64,000 nt of DNA from Hemiscyllium ocellatum (Eukaryota): NCBI RefSeq assembly GCF_020745735.1, contig NC_083436.1:7773299-7837298 (forward strand), written 5' to 3'. Position numbers and translations under genes: made by a program. This document shows positions 11,044-22,280 of this stretch, in pieces. The notes beneath the pieces are model-generated. The model did not search any database. It was given only the letters and a program-made list of their open reading frames with translations, and was not told the DNA's origin. Numbering within the stretch: position 1 is the stretch's first letter; every line of letters starts with the position of its first letter.

Positions 11044-13425
11044 TGCAAATGTGTTGCTGGTCAAAGCACAGCAGGTTAGGCAGCATCTCAGGAATAGAGA
11101 ATTCAACGTTTCGAGCATAAGCCCTTCATCAGGAATAAGAGAAAGAGAGCCAAGCAGGCTGAGATAAAAGGTAGGGAGGAGGGACTAGGGGGAGGGGCGA
11201 TGGAGGTGGGATAGGTGGAAGGAGGTCAAGGTGAGGGTGATAGGCCGGAGTGGGGTGGGGGCGGAGAGGTCAGGAAGAGGATTGCAGGTTAGGAGGGCGG
11301 TGCTGAGTTGAGGGAACCGACTGAGACAAGGTGGGGGGAGGGGAAATGAGGAAGCTGGAGAAATCTGAATTCATACCTTGTGGTTGGAGGGTTCCCAGGC
11401 GGAAGATGAGGCGCTCCTCCTCCAGCCGTCGTGTAGTTGTGTTCTGCCGGTGGAGGAGTCCAAGGACCTGCATGTCCTCGGTGGAGTGGGAGGGAGAGTT
11501 AAAGTGTTGAGCCACGGGGTGATTGGGTTGGTTGGTTCGGGCGGCCCAGAGGTGTTCTCTGAAGCGTTCCGCAAGTAAGCGGCCTGTCTCACCAATATAG
11601 AGGAGGCCACATCGGGTGCAGCGGATGCAATAGATGATGTGTGTGGAGGTACAGGTGAACTTGTGGCGGATATGGAAGGATCCCTTGGGGCCTTGGAGGG
11701 AAGTGAGTGTGGAGGTGTGGGCGCAAGTTTTACATTTCCTGCGGTTGCAGGGGAAGGTGCCGGGGGTGGAGGTTGGGTTGGTGGGGGGTGTGGATCTGAC
11801 AAGGGAGTCACGGAGGGAGTGGTCCTTGCGGAACGCTGATAGGGGAGGGGAGGGAAATATATCCTTGGTGGTGGGGTCCGTTTGGAGGTGGCGGAAATGG
11901 CGGCGGATAATACGTTGTATGCGCAGGTTGGTGGGGTGGTAGGTGAGAACCAGTGGGGTTCTGTCTTGGTGGCGGTTGGAGGAGCGGGGCTCAAGGGCGG
12001 AGGAGCGGGAAGTGGAGGAGATGCGGTGGAGGGCATCGTCGATCACGTCTGGGGGGAATCTGCGGTCCTTGAAGAAGGAGGCCATCTGGGTTGTGCGGTG
12101 TTGGAATTGGTCCTCCTGGGAGCAGATGCGGCGGAGACGAAGGAATTGGGAATATGGGATGGCGTTTTTACAGGGGGCAGGGTGGGAGGAGGTGTAGTCC
12201 AGGTAGCTGTGGGAGTCAGTCGGTTTATAATAGATGTCTGTGTTGAGTCGGTCGCCCGAGATAGAAATGGAAAGGTCTAGGAAGGGGAGGGAGGAGTCTG
12301 AGACAGTCCAGGTGAATTTCAGGTCGGGATGGAAGGTGTTAGTAAAGTTGATGAACTGTTCAACCTCCTCGTGGGAGCACGAGGCAGCGCCGATACAGTC
12401 ATCGATGTAGCGGAGGAAAAGGTGGGGGGTGGTGCCAGTGTAGTTGCGGAAGATGGACTGTTCCACATATCCTACGAAGAGGCAGGCATAGCTGGGGCCC
12501 ATGCGGGTGCCCATGGCAACTCCTTTAGTTTGGAGGAAGTGGGAGGATTGAAAAGAGAAGTTATTCAGGGTGAGGACCAGTTCAGTCAGTCGAAGGAGGG
12601 TGTCAGTGGAAGGGTACTGGTTAGTGCGGCGGGAAAGGAAGAAGCGGAGGGCTTTGAGTCCTTCGTGATGGGGGATGGAGGTGTACAGGGACTGGATGTC
12701 CATAGTGAAAATAAGGCGTTGGGGACCGGGGAAGCGAAAATCCTGGAGGAGGTGGAGGGCGTGGGTGGTGTCCCGAACGTAGGTGGGGAGTTCTTGGACT
12801 AAAGGGGACAGGACCGTGTCGAGGTATTGGGAGATGAGTTCGGTGGGGCAGGAGCAGGCTGAGACAATGGGTCGGCCGGGGCAGGCAGGTTTGTGGATTT
12901 TGGGCAGGAGGTAGAAACGGGCGGTGCGGGGTTGTGGGACTATGAGGTTGGAGGCGGTGGATGGGAGATCCCCTGAGGTGATGAGGTCCTGGATGGTCTG
13001 GGAGATGATGGTTTGGTGGTGGGAGGTGGGGTCGTGGTCAAGGGGGCGATAAGAGGAGGCGTCCGCGAGCTGGCGTTTGGCTTCAGCGGTGTACAGGTCA
13101 GTGCGCCAAACTACCACCGCGCCTCCCTTGTCTGCGGGTTTGATGGTGAGGTTGGGATTGGAGCGGAGGGAGTGGAGGGCTGCACGTTCTGAGGGTGAGA
13201 GGTTGGAGTGGGTGAGAGGGGTGGACAGGTTGAGTCGGTTGATGTCACGGCGGCAGTTGGCTATAAAGAGGTCGAGGGCGGGTAGGAGGCCTGCACGGGG
13301 TGTCCAGGTGGATGGGGTGTGTTGGAGGCGGGAGAAGGGGTCGTCAGAGGGTGGGCGGGAGTCTTGGTTGTGAAAGTAGGCACGGAGGCGAAGGCGGCGG
13401 AAGAATTGTGCGGGTTTGATGGTGA
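11044..13425 (-). mobile_element. Penelope-like element, family A, 5'-truncated, recent
   Basis: Flanked by a perfect 12-bp TSD TGCCATCACAGA (11032-11043 / 13426-13437). Contains an RT + GIY-YIG ORF and a 3' pLTR with a hammerhead motif. Confidence 0.95.
11101..11136 (-). ncRNA. Minimal type I hammerhead ribozyme (PLE family A, GUU variant)
   Basis: Identical to 6456-6491 except that the cleavage triplet is GUU. Confidence 0.7.
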
Positions 13426-13531
13426 TGCCATCACAGAGGCAAGAGTGTGAACCATTGCACCATTGCTGACAATCTATAGGCAGCTTTCCCATTCTCCACA
13501 GTTCTACCTCACAGCTTTGAACTAATTCCAT
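11270..13531 (-). CDS. PLE reverse transcriptase + GIY-YIG endonuclease (first ~35 codons come from flanking DNA)
   Basis: KPADKG, RFYLLPKIHK, MDIQSLYT, GVAMGTRMGP, RYIDD; CxxC linker (CNRRKCKTC); IIYCIRC...LYIGET..L..RF.EH. No stop or frameshift. Confidence 0.92.
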   Translation of the reverse strand: MELVQSCEVELWRMGKLPIDCQQWCNGSHSCLCDGITIKPAQFFRRLRLRAYFHNQDSRPPSDDPFSRLQHTPSTWTPRAGLLPALDLFIANCRRDINRLNLSTPLTHSNLSPSERAALHSLRSNPNLTIKPADKGGAVVVWRTDLYTAEAKRQLADASSYRPLDHDPTSHHQTIISQTIQDLITSGDLPSTASNLIVPQPRTARFYLLPKIHKPACPGRPIVSACSCPTELISQYLDTVLSPLVQELPTYVRDTTHALHLLQDFRFPGPQRLIFTMDIQSLYTSIPHHEGLKALRFFLSRRTNQYPSTDTLLRLTELVLTLNNFSFQSSHFLQTKGVAMGTRMGPSYACLFVGYVEQSIFRNYTGTTPHLFLRYIDDCIGAASCSHEEVEQFINFTNTFHPDLKFTWTVSDSSLPFLDLSISISGDRLNTDIYYKPTDSHSYLDYTSSHPAPCKNAIPYSQFLRLRRICSQEDQFQHRTTQMASFFKDRRFPPDVIDDALHRISSTSRSSALEPRSSNRHQDRTPLVLTYHPTNLRIQRIIRRHFRHLQTDPTTKDIFPSPPLSAFRKDHSLRDSLVRSTPPTNPTSTPGTFPCNRRKCKTCAHTSTLTSLQGPKGSFHIRHKFTCTSTHIIYCIRCTRCGLLYIGETGRLLAERFREHLWAARTNQPNHPVAQHFNSPSHSTEDMQVLGLLHRQNTTTRRLEEERLIFRLGTLQPQGMNSDFSSFLISPPPTLSQSVPSTQHRPPNLQSSS

Positions 13532-13894
13532 ATTAATAGGCTGCCTCTAGTTTCACATACTTTCATTTTTGCCTGTCGTCCTTTCTTTGTTGATCCTCAA
13601 TGAGAACCTTGTAGGGGTCCATGGAGTTTCCTTTATTTATCTCATTAGTAATCATTAGTAAGTTTACCTCTCTGAATAGTTCACTTTTTGAGGGTTCAAA
13701 TTGAGAAGCAGAGAAGTTATATTAAGCTTATTTAAGTCTCACTTTACTGAATCCTGTGCACATTTCTGGTCTCCATGTTATAAAATAGATATGAAGGTAC
13801 AAAATAGACTTGAGAGGATGATACTAGATTTTGTTTTTTAAAATGTCCACAATCAAAAACAGGTTAGCTGGCATCTTGTTTCTACAATGAAGCC

Positions 13895-14052
13895 ATTTCT
13901 TAAAATGGAACAGAAACTAGCTTGGAGTTATTAAAGGAAACAAACTCATAAGGCAGGCAAAAGCAGTCTGCTCTTTCATTTTGCTTAAGCTGCTGTTGAG
14001 GCCAATTGAGCAGCTGCCACTGTCAAGGAAGGTCATCGCAGACCACAGTCCC
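13895..14052 (+). promoter_or_regulatory. JCHAIN proximal promoter/5'UTR with ETS-IRF composite element
   Basis: GGAACAGAAA (13907-13916) fits the EICE consensus GGAAnnGAAA. CCAAT and CAGCTG E-box lie ~45-55 nt upstream of the ATG. TSS not determined. Confidence 0.5.
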
Positions 14053-14119
14053 ATGATGAACAATAAGGATATGCTGAGGATACTTACAGCGATTCTATTT
14101 TATACAGCTCTTTCGGCAG
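14053..14119 (+). CDS. JCHAIN: Immunoglobulin J chain exon 1 (signal peptide MMNNKDMLRILTAILFYTALSA + 1 nt)
   Basis: ATG at 14053, 22 codons with a hydrophobic signal-peptide core, then CAG|GTAAGG phase-1 donor. Joins in frame to exon 2. Confidence 0.9.
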
Positions 14120-15662
14120 GTAAGGTTTTAACTATCATTATAATTATGGCATTATGATGAGCAAATACTTCCTGTTTTGTTAGCTCAGAGATACAGGAGG
14201 ACAGCCTTCTATATGATAATTACACCCAGCATCTTTGAGCTGTAAGGATACCTTTGGGCTGTAAGGATACTTGTATGGGAATTTGTCAAAGCTCATCACC
14301 ATAAACAGTACAGATTAAATTTTCAATGACTATGAACATCGATGTGGTGCATCACATCATGTGACCGCTTTCTTGAAAGCAAAAAGAAAATGGCCCCTTT
14401 ATACGTAATTAAGATGCAGACAACATCAAGGAAAAATTGTTAATTTACCTGACAGCTATTTCTACCATGTCTAAACATACATGTCAAATGTATCTGTTAG
14501 CCCAGTTGTTAAAATAATTTTAGTTTTTCATCACAGCTCAGTAAGTGTAGATTAAGCAGAAGCTCCTGTGACTATACTTCATTGTGCATCTCAAAATAGA
14601 AAAAAGGACAGTCATTTCAGTAGAAACTATTCTTTTAATATCTGAGCTGTTTCAAAGATGTTGGTTAATATTAATATCACTTATTAATCTTCTCACTGCG
14701 AAAACCTCCCAGCTCATCTTTGAATAATTTCATAAAAAGTTGTTTTTCTGCTGTGAGCATAAACCAGTGCAGAATACTTCTGTTCAACAGAAGAAAATGA
14801 CAGTGGGAACCTCTTTGTACAACATTGTAGGTCACACCAAAAGACATGCTCTGAAATTATTTTAAACTTTCTTAATGAAGGAGCGTATGTTATATTTAGA
14901 CCCACAACGATTATGAAAGAAGTAGTCCTGAGCTTGTACAGTTCTTCCGTGATATTCCCTCTCTTTTGGGTTCACACTTAGCTTCTGCTGGATGTCTCCA
15001 GTTTCTGAAGTTAAAGATTGCAATGTGAGGAGACTGCTTCCATCAACTCATTGCCCTCCACTTGATTATCACACAAAATTACCAGCAAGATGATCAGTTC
15101 AGGTCCTGAATAGTCTAATTCAGTTCTATATCCAAGCCTTGGATAAAGTTTAAAACTAGAGAAGATACAGCTGCTGATGAACCATTGTAGTTTATAATCA
15201 CCTAAATTCCAAAATGTGCCAAATGTGATCAAATTCATCCATCTCTTTTGTAGGCTCAGACCAATCTGCCAAGTTCATCAGAATACAGGATACTTGTTAC
15301 TTTAACTTTATCCAATAGTCTTGTCATTCTCTTTCTTTGTGTTCTCAAAGGCAAGCTAGAAAAGCAGTGGCCTGGGAAAGCCCAAAACAGATAATGGGCG
15401 CTGCAAAGCAATGTAAACAGGGTTTAATGTAAGAGATAAAGACAGGGTTTAATGTAAGAGATCTGGACAGGGTTTAATGAGTGCACAAGATGTTGGGTGG
15501 AGAGCACCTTGAAAGTGGAAAAACATTTTCTTTTAACTTCAGCAAAAAACTTTTAAATGTTGCTCTTGAGAGACCTGGGTACACTTGTGCATAAAACACA
15601 AAATTAGCATGCAGGAACAGCAAGTAATTAGGAAGGCAAAATGGCATTCTGGCATCTATCAA

Positions 15663-15843
15663 AATGCTTGGAAGTGAAGACTGCAGATGCTGGAGATCAG
15701 AGTCGAGAGTGTGGAGCTGGAAAAGCACAGCAGCTCAGGCAGCATCAACATTTCAAACTTGAAGGGCTTATGCCTGAAACATCGATTTTCCTGCTCCTCG
15801 ATGCTGCCTGACTAGCTGTGCTTTTCCAGCACCACACTCTCAA
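15663..15843. mobile_element. Fold-back mini-element made of family A-type pLTR sequence
   Basis: Arms 15705-15746 / 15800-15841. 10-bp TSD CATCTATCAA (15653-15662 / 15844-15853). Interrupts a CR1 fragment. Confidence 0.8.
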
Positions 15844-18800
15844 CATCTATCAAGATGGGATTAGAGCACAGGAATAATAAAACCATGTTATAACTTCTTC
15901 GGACTTTGGTCAGATCACATCTGGAGAACACTATTTGCCATTTTGGTCTCAAAATCACAGGAAGAATATACTTGTCTTGGAGGCAATGCGACAAAGTTTG
16001 ATTCTTGGGATGTGAGGATTTCTGAGAAGAGCTATCTGTGTGGAGTTTGCACGTTCTCCCCGTGTCTGCGTGGGTTTCCTCCGGGTGCTCCGGTTTCCTC
16101 CACAGTCCAAAGATGTGCAGGTCAGGTGAATTGGCCATGCTAAATTGCCCATAGTGTTAGGTGCATTAGTCAGAGAGGCAGTATACCTTTAAGCCTATCT
16201 CTGAAAGAAGCAGAGGAGATGTCATTGAAGCATACAAGACTTTAAAAGAGCATTTGAAGGGTTTGACTAAGTAGACATTGGCATTTTTATGTCCCATGGT
16301 TGGGTACTCCTGAACACAGGATACGGTTTCAAGATAAAGGATCAATCATTTCGGATTTAGATAAGGAGAAATATCTAAATGCAGAGAGTGGTGAATGTTT
16401 GGAACTATTGGGTATATTCAGGGCTGGATAGATTGTTAATCTCTTCAGGATTGATAAAACAGGGAGATTGTGGTAAAAAAATGGAGCCTTTGCAGAAGAG
16501 CAGATGTGCAGTCTTATTCCAGCGTGAAGGTTTCCTTTGTTTCAGTGACCAGCTATTCCAGCAGCCCGGCAGGTGGTCTCATACAAGAGGGATGGTCTCA
16601 GCCCCATGGTCTTCTGAGACGGTGGTTTCCTCCTTTGTATTCCCGTGGCCCAGCAATCTCATCCCTGGTCTCTCTTCAGGATGTCTATTCCATTATTCCT
16701 TAATTGGCTTTCCCTCTGGCCCAGGAGTCATCAATTGAACTGCGATGAACTTTGTCTAAAGTTTACTTCTGTCATTGATGGTGTGGTGACTTATAAAACT
16801 TTTCACTGTAAAAGTACGTGTGACAATAAATGTCTATTCTATTCTCGAAGATCAACCATGATTATGTGGTTTGCTCAAAACATGGGAGGATAAGACAACA
16901 GAAATATGACCAAAACATAATTCCTTACAGTCCAGGCAAGTCAATTGCCTTTAAAACTAGTTGTCGTGAGCAAGGTACACGCTCAGGAACTAATTCTTTT
17001 TACACATCTTTAATGATAAAATATAGAATTATTTTTACACGTGAGTGACTTACTGGTGGTAGTTAATAGATTTTAAAAATGCCATGGGTGATTTGGTGAT
17101 GGAATAAAAACTGCTCAGTTGAGTTTAAGAGCAATTCTAGATATAAAAGCACAATGTTCATGATTAACTATTCAAACTAATATTTCTAACAAGTCGCAAT
17201 TAAAATGAGGGTGATGAAGTGAAAGGTTAATACAAATTTACCGAAATGAAAGCATTTTTTAAAAAAAGGCTTTCAACAAAATCCCCATCAAGGTTTGTGA
17301 AAAAAATCAGGAAATGATAATAAAATAAGGAAAATGGTTTAAGTGCACAGAATTAAACTAAAAAAACCCAAGTTTTTAGTGAAACGCACATAACTAAAAT
17401 ACTGGATTTTAAAGCTACATATAAAACAACTGTAAAAAAAAACAAAGTTGTCTCTCTAAGGTTAAGGAAACAAATACAATTCAGTAAATCCAAAGCATGA
17501 GAGTCCAGAGCATAAGAAAGTATAAGAAAGTTCTGAAGAACGGTAGTATTCGACTCGAAACATTAATTCTGTTTCTCTCTAACAGATGTTGCTATAGCTA
17601 CTGAGTATTTCCAGCACTTTCTGTTTTTAGTTCACATTTAGAGAAGCTACGTTTTATTTTCTTTTATTGTGGAATAAATAAGTATCGGTTCTTGAAAATA
17701 AATTCAATTTATGTTGTTTCTTTGAAGAGAATTGTTTAAACGTTGTGCTGGTTGCGGAGAAGCTTCCTACTGCTAAATCCCTTGATAGCACCAAGTTCCT
17801 TTAAACAAAGGACTTCCATACCATTTCCCTCAATGGCAACTCACAGGCGATTTGCTTGATGTACTCTCCGTCTGGTCAGCGTACTGCTGGGTTCATACCA
17901 GGAGCAGTGCAATGAGGTTCGTCAATGGTGCATTATTTGCCTCCTGAAGGGCCTTAATTGGTGACAAGGTGGAAAGACTGTTCACAGCCCCCCTACTGCA
18001 GACATAATCATAGTTGAAGTGGGAAGGGTATGTGATCTCGATCTGCCAACCTCCTACCTGATTAAATAACCCCACCACCAAACCTGGCACTTGGGAACAA
18101 TAATAAATTGTAAGCTATATTGAACAAAGCAGTTAATTTTTTTTTGAGAACATTGCAAGCCCACGTGCTGGTTAGAAGGATACCCATGGGGATGGTTTAT
18201 TTAAATTTCCAGAAAACATCTGATTAGTCTATCTGGAAGAAATTATGAGGAAAATTGCATGTTTTTAGAATAAAATATTGTATAAATGTGTACTTGTTGT
18301 TCATTGTGAGTAGCAATAAAAAAAAATTCTCGAAGTGGAGGTAACAAATGGTATAGCCCAGAGATCTCAATTAAGGCTTACTTTGAAGCCAAAGCATTAC
18401 TCATTTCAGATAAAGAAGGGACTTAGATGAAAACATAAGGAGAATGTTTACAGAAAGTTAGAGGGCATGTTACATCGATGGCAATAGGAAGTTAGAAAGG
18501 GACATTGATGAGTGGACAAAGCTTATGGAGTTCAAAGTGAGCGGTAGTGATGTCGCCCACTTTAGAACAAGGTGGCTAAATCAAAATGTTTCTTTTATAC
18601 AATTTGTATTTCCTCAAACCAAACAACACCCTGGTGATTTTACATTGCATCCTTTCAATATGCTGCTGCTAATAACAAGCCCAATATTTCACTTCTTCCA
18701 TGGTTCTTAAGGTTTTAACCTTCTTCTTAAGCAACACTGCAGTTGTCTTGATTGTGAAGGATACAATAATTTAATGATAAATCAGTTAGTTACAAGTTTA

Positions 18801-19247
18801 TAATTTTAATCTCATGTAGCTTAGTATATTTTTTCTCCTGTGACATGATGATAATGTGAGGTAACTCTAGAACCGCAGCAACTTCAACGAAAGCAAATTC
18901 CCTGTTAAGGTTGCTGATAAAACCAAGGGGGCTTGGTATTTGCAGAGCACTGGTCAGCTGCTTTTCCTCCCTGACCCTTTTGTTGGTGCATTGACGACAT
19001 TATCCCCAGACCAGCAGCTATTAAATAGTTGTATTCCTTCCTGATTCACTTGGATAACGAGAGGTTTGTGATGTGCATTTGCTACCCCAGAGCTATCTGA
19101 TTTTCACAAATTAATATTTGCAGTTTTTGGCGATTAACATCTGACTGAACTTACATCTGGGCTGCCAATACAGGAAACACTAGTTCCTCATTTTTAATGA
19201 TTAGTACTTCAGATTTGGAGAGTTTGTAACCATCTCTATCATTACAG

Positions 19248-19374
19248 CTAATTCAGAAACGAATCTTCTAGTTTCGTCGAAATGTAAGCTTTTGGAGGTG
19301 TCATCCAAGATGATTATCACTGAACAGCCCAACGGTGAAAAAGTGGAACAACTGGCGAGAGATATAAAAATTAT
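19248..19374 (+). CDS. JCHAIN: J chain exon 2 (ANSETNLLVSSKCKLLEVSSKMIITEQPNGEKVEQLARDIKI)
   Basis: Acceptor attacag|, donor AT|GTAAGT. Only one frame is open. Aligns with human IVLVDNKCKCARITSRII...ERNIRI. Confidence 0.95.
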
Positions 19375-19675
19375 GTAAGTGTTACTGTTGATTTGTGATT
19401 ATATTCACCATACAGTCAAATAAGTTACTGTTAGGAACTGATTGTAGGAAGTATACATCAGTCAGATTGGATGCCATGAGTCTCCTGTCAGGGACATAGG
19501 AAATTGGACACAAACCATCCCACTGCCCTGTTTCACACAAACCTGTGCAGGCCAAAACACACCTGTCAAATTTACTCCTATATTTCTACTTCTATTCATA
19601 CAAAAATAAAGTTAAAATTCTTGGGCGATCTTACTGCCTGGTTAAAAAGTTTCATTTGGAAAACCTGGAACATAG

Positions 19676-19997
19676 AGCGGCTGGTGGTTAAGTGGTTAGC
19701 ACCAGTGACCTCACAGCACGAGGGACCTCGGTTGGATTCCACCCTCGGCTGACTATCTAGGTGGAGTTTGCACGTTCTCCCTGTTTCTGTGTGTGTTTAC
19801 TCCAGTTTCCTCCCACTTTCCAAAGATATGCGGTTTAGGTGGATTGGTGATGGTAAAATATCTGTAGTGTACAGGCTAGATAGTTGAAATATGGGGATAG
19901 GGTAGGAGGCTGGTTTTGGGGGGGAGGGGATGCTCTTTAAAGGATTAGTGTGGATGAGATGGGCTGAATGGCCACTTTCCACACTGCAGGGATTCAA
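19676..19997 (+). mobile_element. HE1/V-SINE (JCHAIN intron 2)
   Basis: tRNA-like head, V-domain, tail. Confidence 0.8.
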
Positions 19998-20617
19998 TTT
20001 TTCTATAAAAAGCAAGTACGCAATTGCCTTTGCTGATTTAATGATTGTCCAGGTGCTATATGAGCACTGTGTGGAAGATGTAGTGACTCTAAGACATACC
20101 AGACCATGGAAAAACCTTCTGCTGGCAGTTGATAGCAATTCAGCATATCTCTGTTTGATCCATCCTATGACAGCACAGAGTTCTTTCCCTCAATACATTA
20201 TTCAAAATATATTCATTTTCTTTAATATTATAATGCCTGCTTTGAGTCATAGAATTACACAGTCAATCAGTTTCAATTGTGTGATGTGTCGTCCCGTTGG
20301 TTTAAAACTACCTTCTTAGTCTTTGCCAGAAAGAAAAAAACCACTGACTTTGGTTCAGTTTGAGTTACACCACACATTGAGAAATGTGAAATTACGTAAA
20401 TGTAATATAATTGTAATTAACCTTACATTTTATTAATTATCCAGCCCCCTCTCTGTTTCAGTGCTTCACTGTTAAGAAATGTTAAAAGATTGATTGTAAT
20501 AAATGCCGGGATAAAATCTCATCAGCAAACAAAGATATTCACCCTTTATTGTTCTCGGAGTATATACTGAAAGTTTCTGGTAATCTTTAGTGAATATTAA
20601 TTGCTTTTTCATTGCAG

Positions 20618-20698
20618 AGTTCCTTTGAGAACCAGACAGAACATTTCAGATCCAACATCCCCCCTTCGGACCCATTTTGTCTACAAGATTTCAGATTT
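20618..20698 (+). CDS. JCHAIN: J chain exon 3 (IVPLRTRQNISDPTSPLRTHFVYKISD)
   Basis: Acceptor gctttttcattgcag|, donor TT|GTATGA, 81 nt, phase 2-2. Near-identical to the J-chain hallmark IVPLNNRENISDPTSPLRTRFVYHLSD, including the NIS glycosylation sequon. Confidence 0.97.
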
Positions 20699-21035
20699 GT
20701 ATGACTGCTTCTTTTTTGTGACTTTTGCAATGTGTGATTGTATAGAGTTGAGATCATCATAACAATTCAGACTTTGCTGTACGTTATGCATATTGTGTAC
20801 AAAACAATTCAAAAATCTACCAATAGCTATTTGGAGTAATTTTACCAGTTTCAAATGGGTCAGACCATTCAGAAATAACTGTATGATTGCTCTAATGGGG
20901 TATTTTTTGTGGAAGGTTAGGGAGAGATGAAATGTAAAGAAAAAGAAAAGGTATTTTGACAGAATCTATAGAGAGAAACTGCCTTGATCGGAGAGTGCAA
21001 CCGAAAATCATAGATTTCAAACCATTTGCAAAAGT

Positions 21036-21341
21036 GGGCGGCACGGTGGCACAGTGGTTAGCACTGCTGTCTCACAGCGCCTTAGACCCGGGTTCAATTC
21101 CCGACTCAGGCGACTGACTGTGTGGAGTTTGCACGTCCTCCCCGTGTCTGAGTGGGTTTCCTCCGGGTGCTCCGGTTTCCTCCCACAAAGATGTGCAGGT
21201 TAGTGAATTGGCCATGCTAAATCGCCCGTAGTGTTAGGTAAGGGGTAAATGTAGGGGTATGGGTTTGTTGCACTTCGGCGGGTCGGTGTGGACTTGTTGG
21301 GCCGAAGGGCCTGTTTCCACACTGTAAGTAATCTAATCTAA
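21036..21341 (+). mobile_element. HE1/V-SINE, near-consensus
   Basis: GGGCGGCACGGTGGCACAGTGGTTAGCACTGC...GGTTCAATTCC, V-domain, (TAATC)n tail. Confidence 0.92.
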
Positions 21342-22280
21342 TTAATAACTAGAGAGGAAATCAGAAGAAATTTCTCCACACAAGGATTTTAAGATCTGAA
21401 CAAAGGCACTGGAATCGGATTCCTCAGGAACAAAAATAACTACTGCACATGTCCTTGAAGAAGCTTAATTTTTAAAGTCATAGAAAAAAGTACTGAGCCA
21501 TGCGAAGAAATTTGACAACACTTCAAAAGAGTGTGATAGGTTCATATAGCACAGGCCATTCGGCCCATGATTTACTATATTCGGATGTTGGTTTAATGGA
21601 GGGCCAAGCTGATAATATTGAAGAGGAGAAATAGGATTGAAGAATGAAGAAGTAGTGGTGACAAAAATGCCAGGATTCTCCTCAAACCTGCTCTTACTGT
21701 AACTCGATTGATGCAACTTTGCTGGAGGTGGGGCAGAGACCCTGTTCACCTGCTGGGATTGGGACATTTTCAGCGACTTTACCTTTCAGAAGAAATTCAG
21801 TTTTAAAAGCCTGAAAAATGGAAGCGCTGGAGAAAATGAGAAAGAAAAGCACTTGGGAAACCTGGAAAATAATAAATAAGAGGTCAGCCACTGCGCAACT
21901 TAAAAAGAATTCCAGGGGAGAAAGTAGGAGACAACAAACATCTGACAGCCGCCACAGAGCTATTGCCTGAAGAGAGACTGTCTGCAGCTGTATGATTGTA
22001 TCATGGCTTTCCCAGCTTGTCGAGATTGTTCAGTGGGAAATTAAAACTGCATCGGTTATAGGTGGAGTAGTACATTAGGGATACTACATCCTGGAGCAAC
22101 CATAAACTGCAGAGGGAATCAGATTGCGTGAGGAACCCACGCCTGGCAATTGCAATGTAACAGATCAAAGTTGCACTGCCTGGCGAGTTCAATGGTTTCA
22201 TTATTATCATGCTCAGCTTATCATGTAATTGATTGATCAGATGCATTAGAAAGGGAAATAACACGAGAAGCTGACACCAC

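Noticed and set aside
13426-13531. N-terminus MELVQSC... as part of the PLE protein
   Set aside because: It lies outside the TSD and is flanking SINE/unique DNA that happens to be in frame.
15415-15480. Short ~25-bp tandem repeat in intron 1
   Set aside because: Only 2-3 copies; an ordinary local slippage duplication.
20715-20760. C-x-C motif (MCDCIELRSS) just after JCHAIN exon 3
   Set aside because: Intronic read-through ending in a stop after a few codons, with no splice support.
21036-21110. tRNA genes at SINE heads
   Set aside because: A/B boxes run directly into the V-domain and LINE-like tail. These are HE1 SINEs, not tRNAs.
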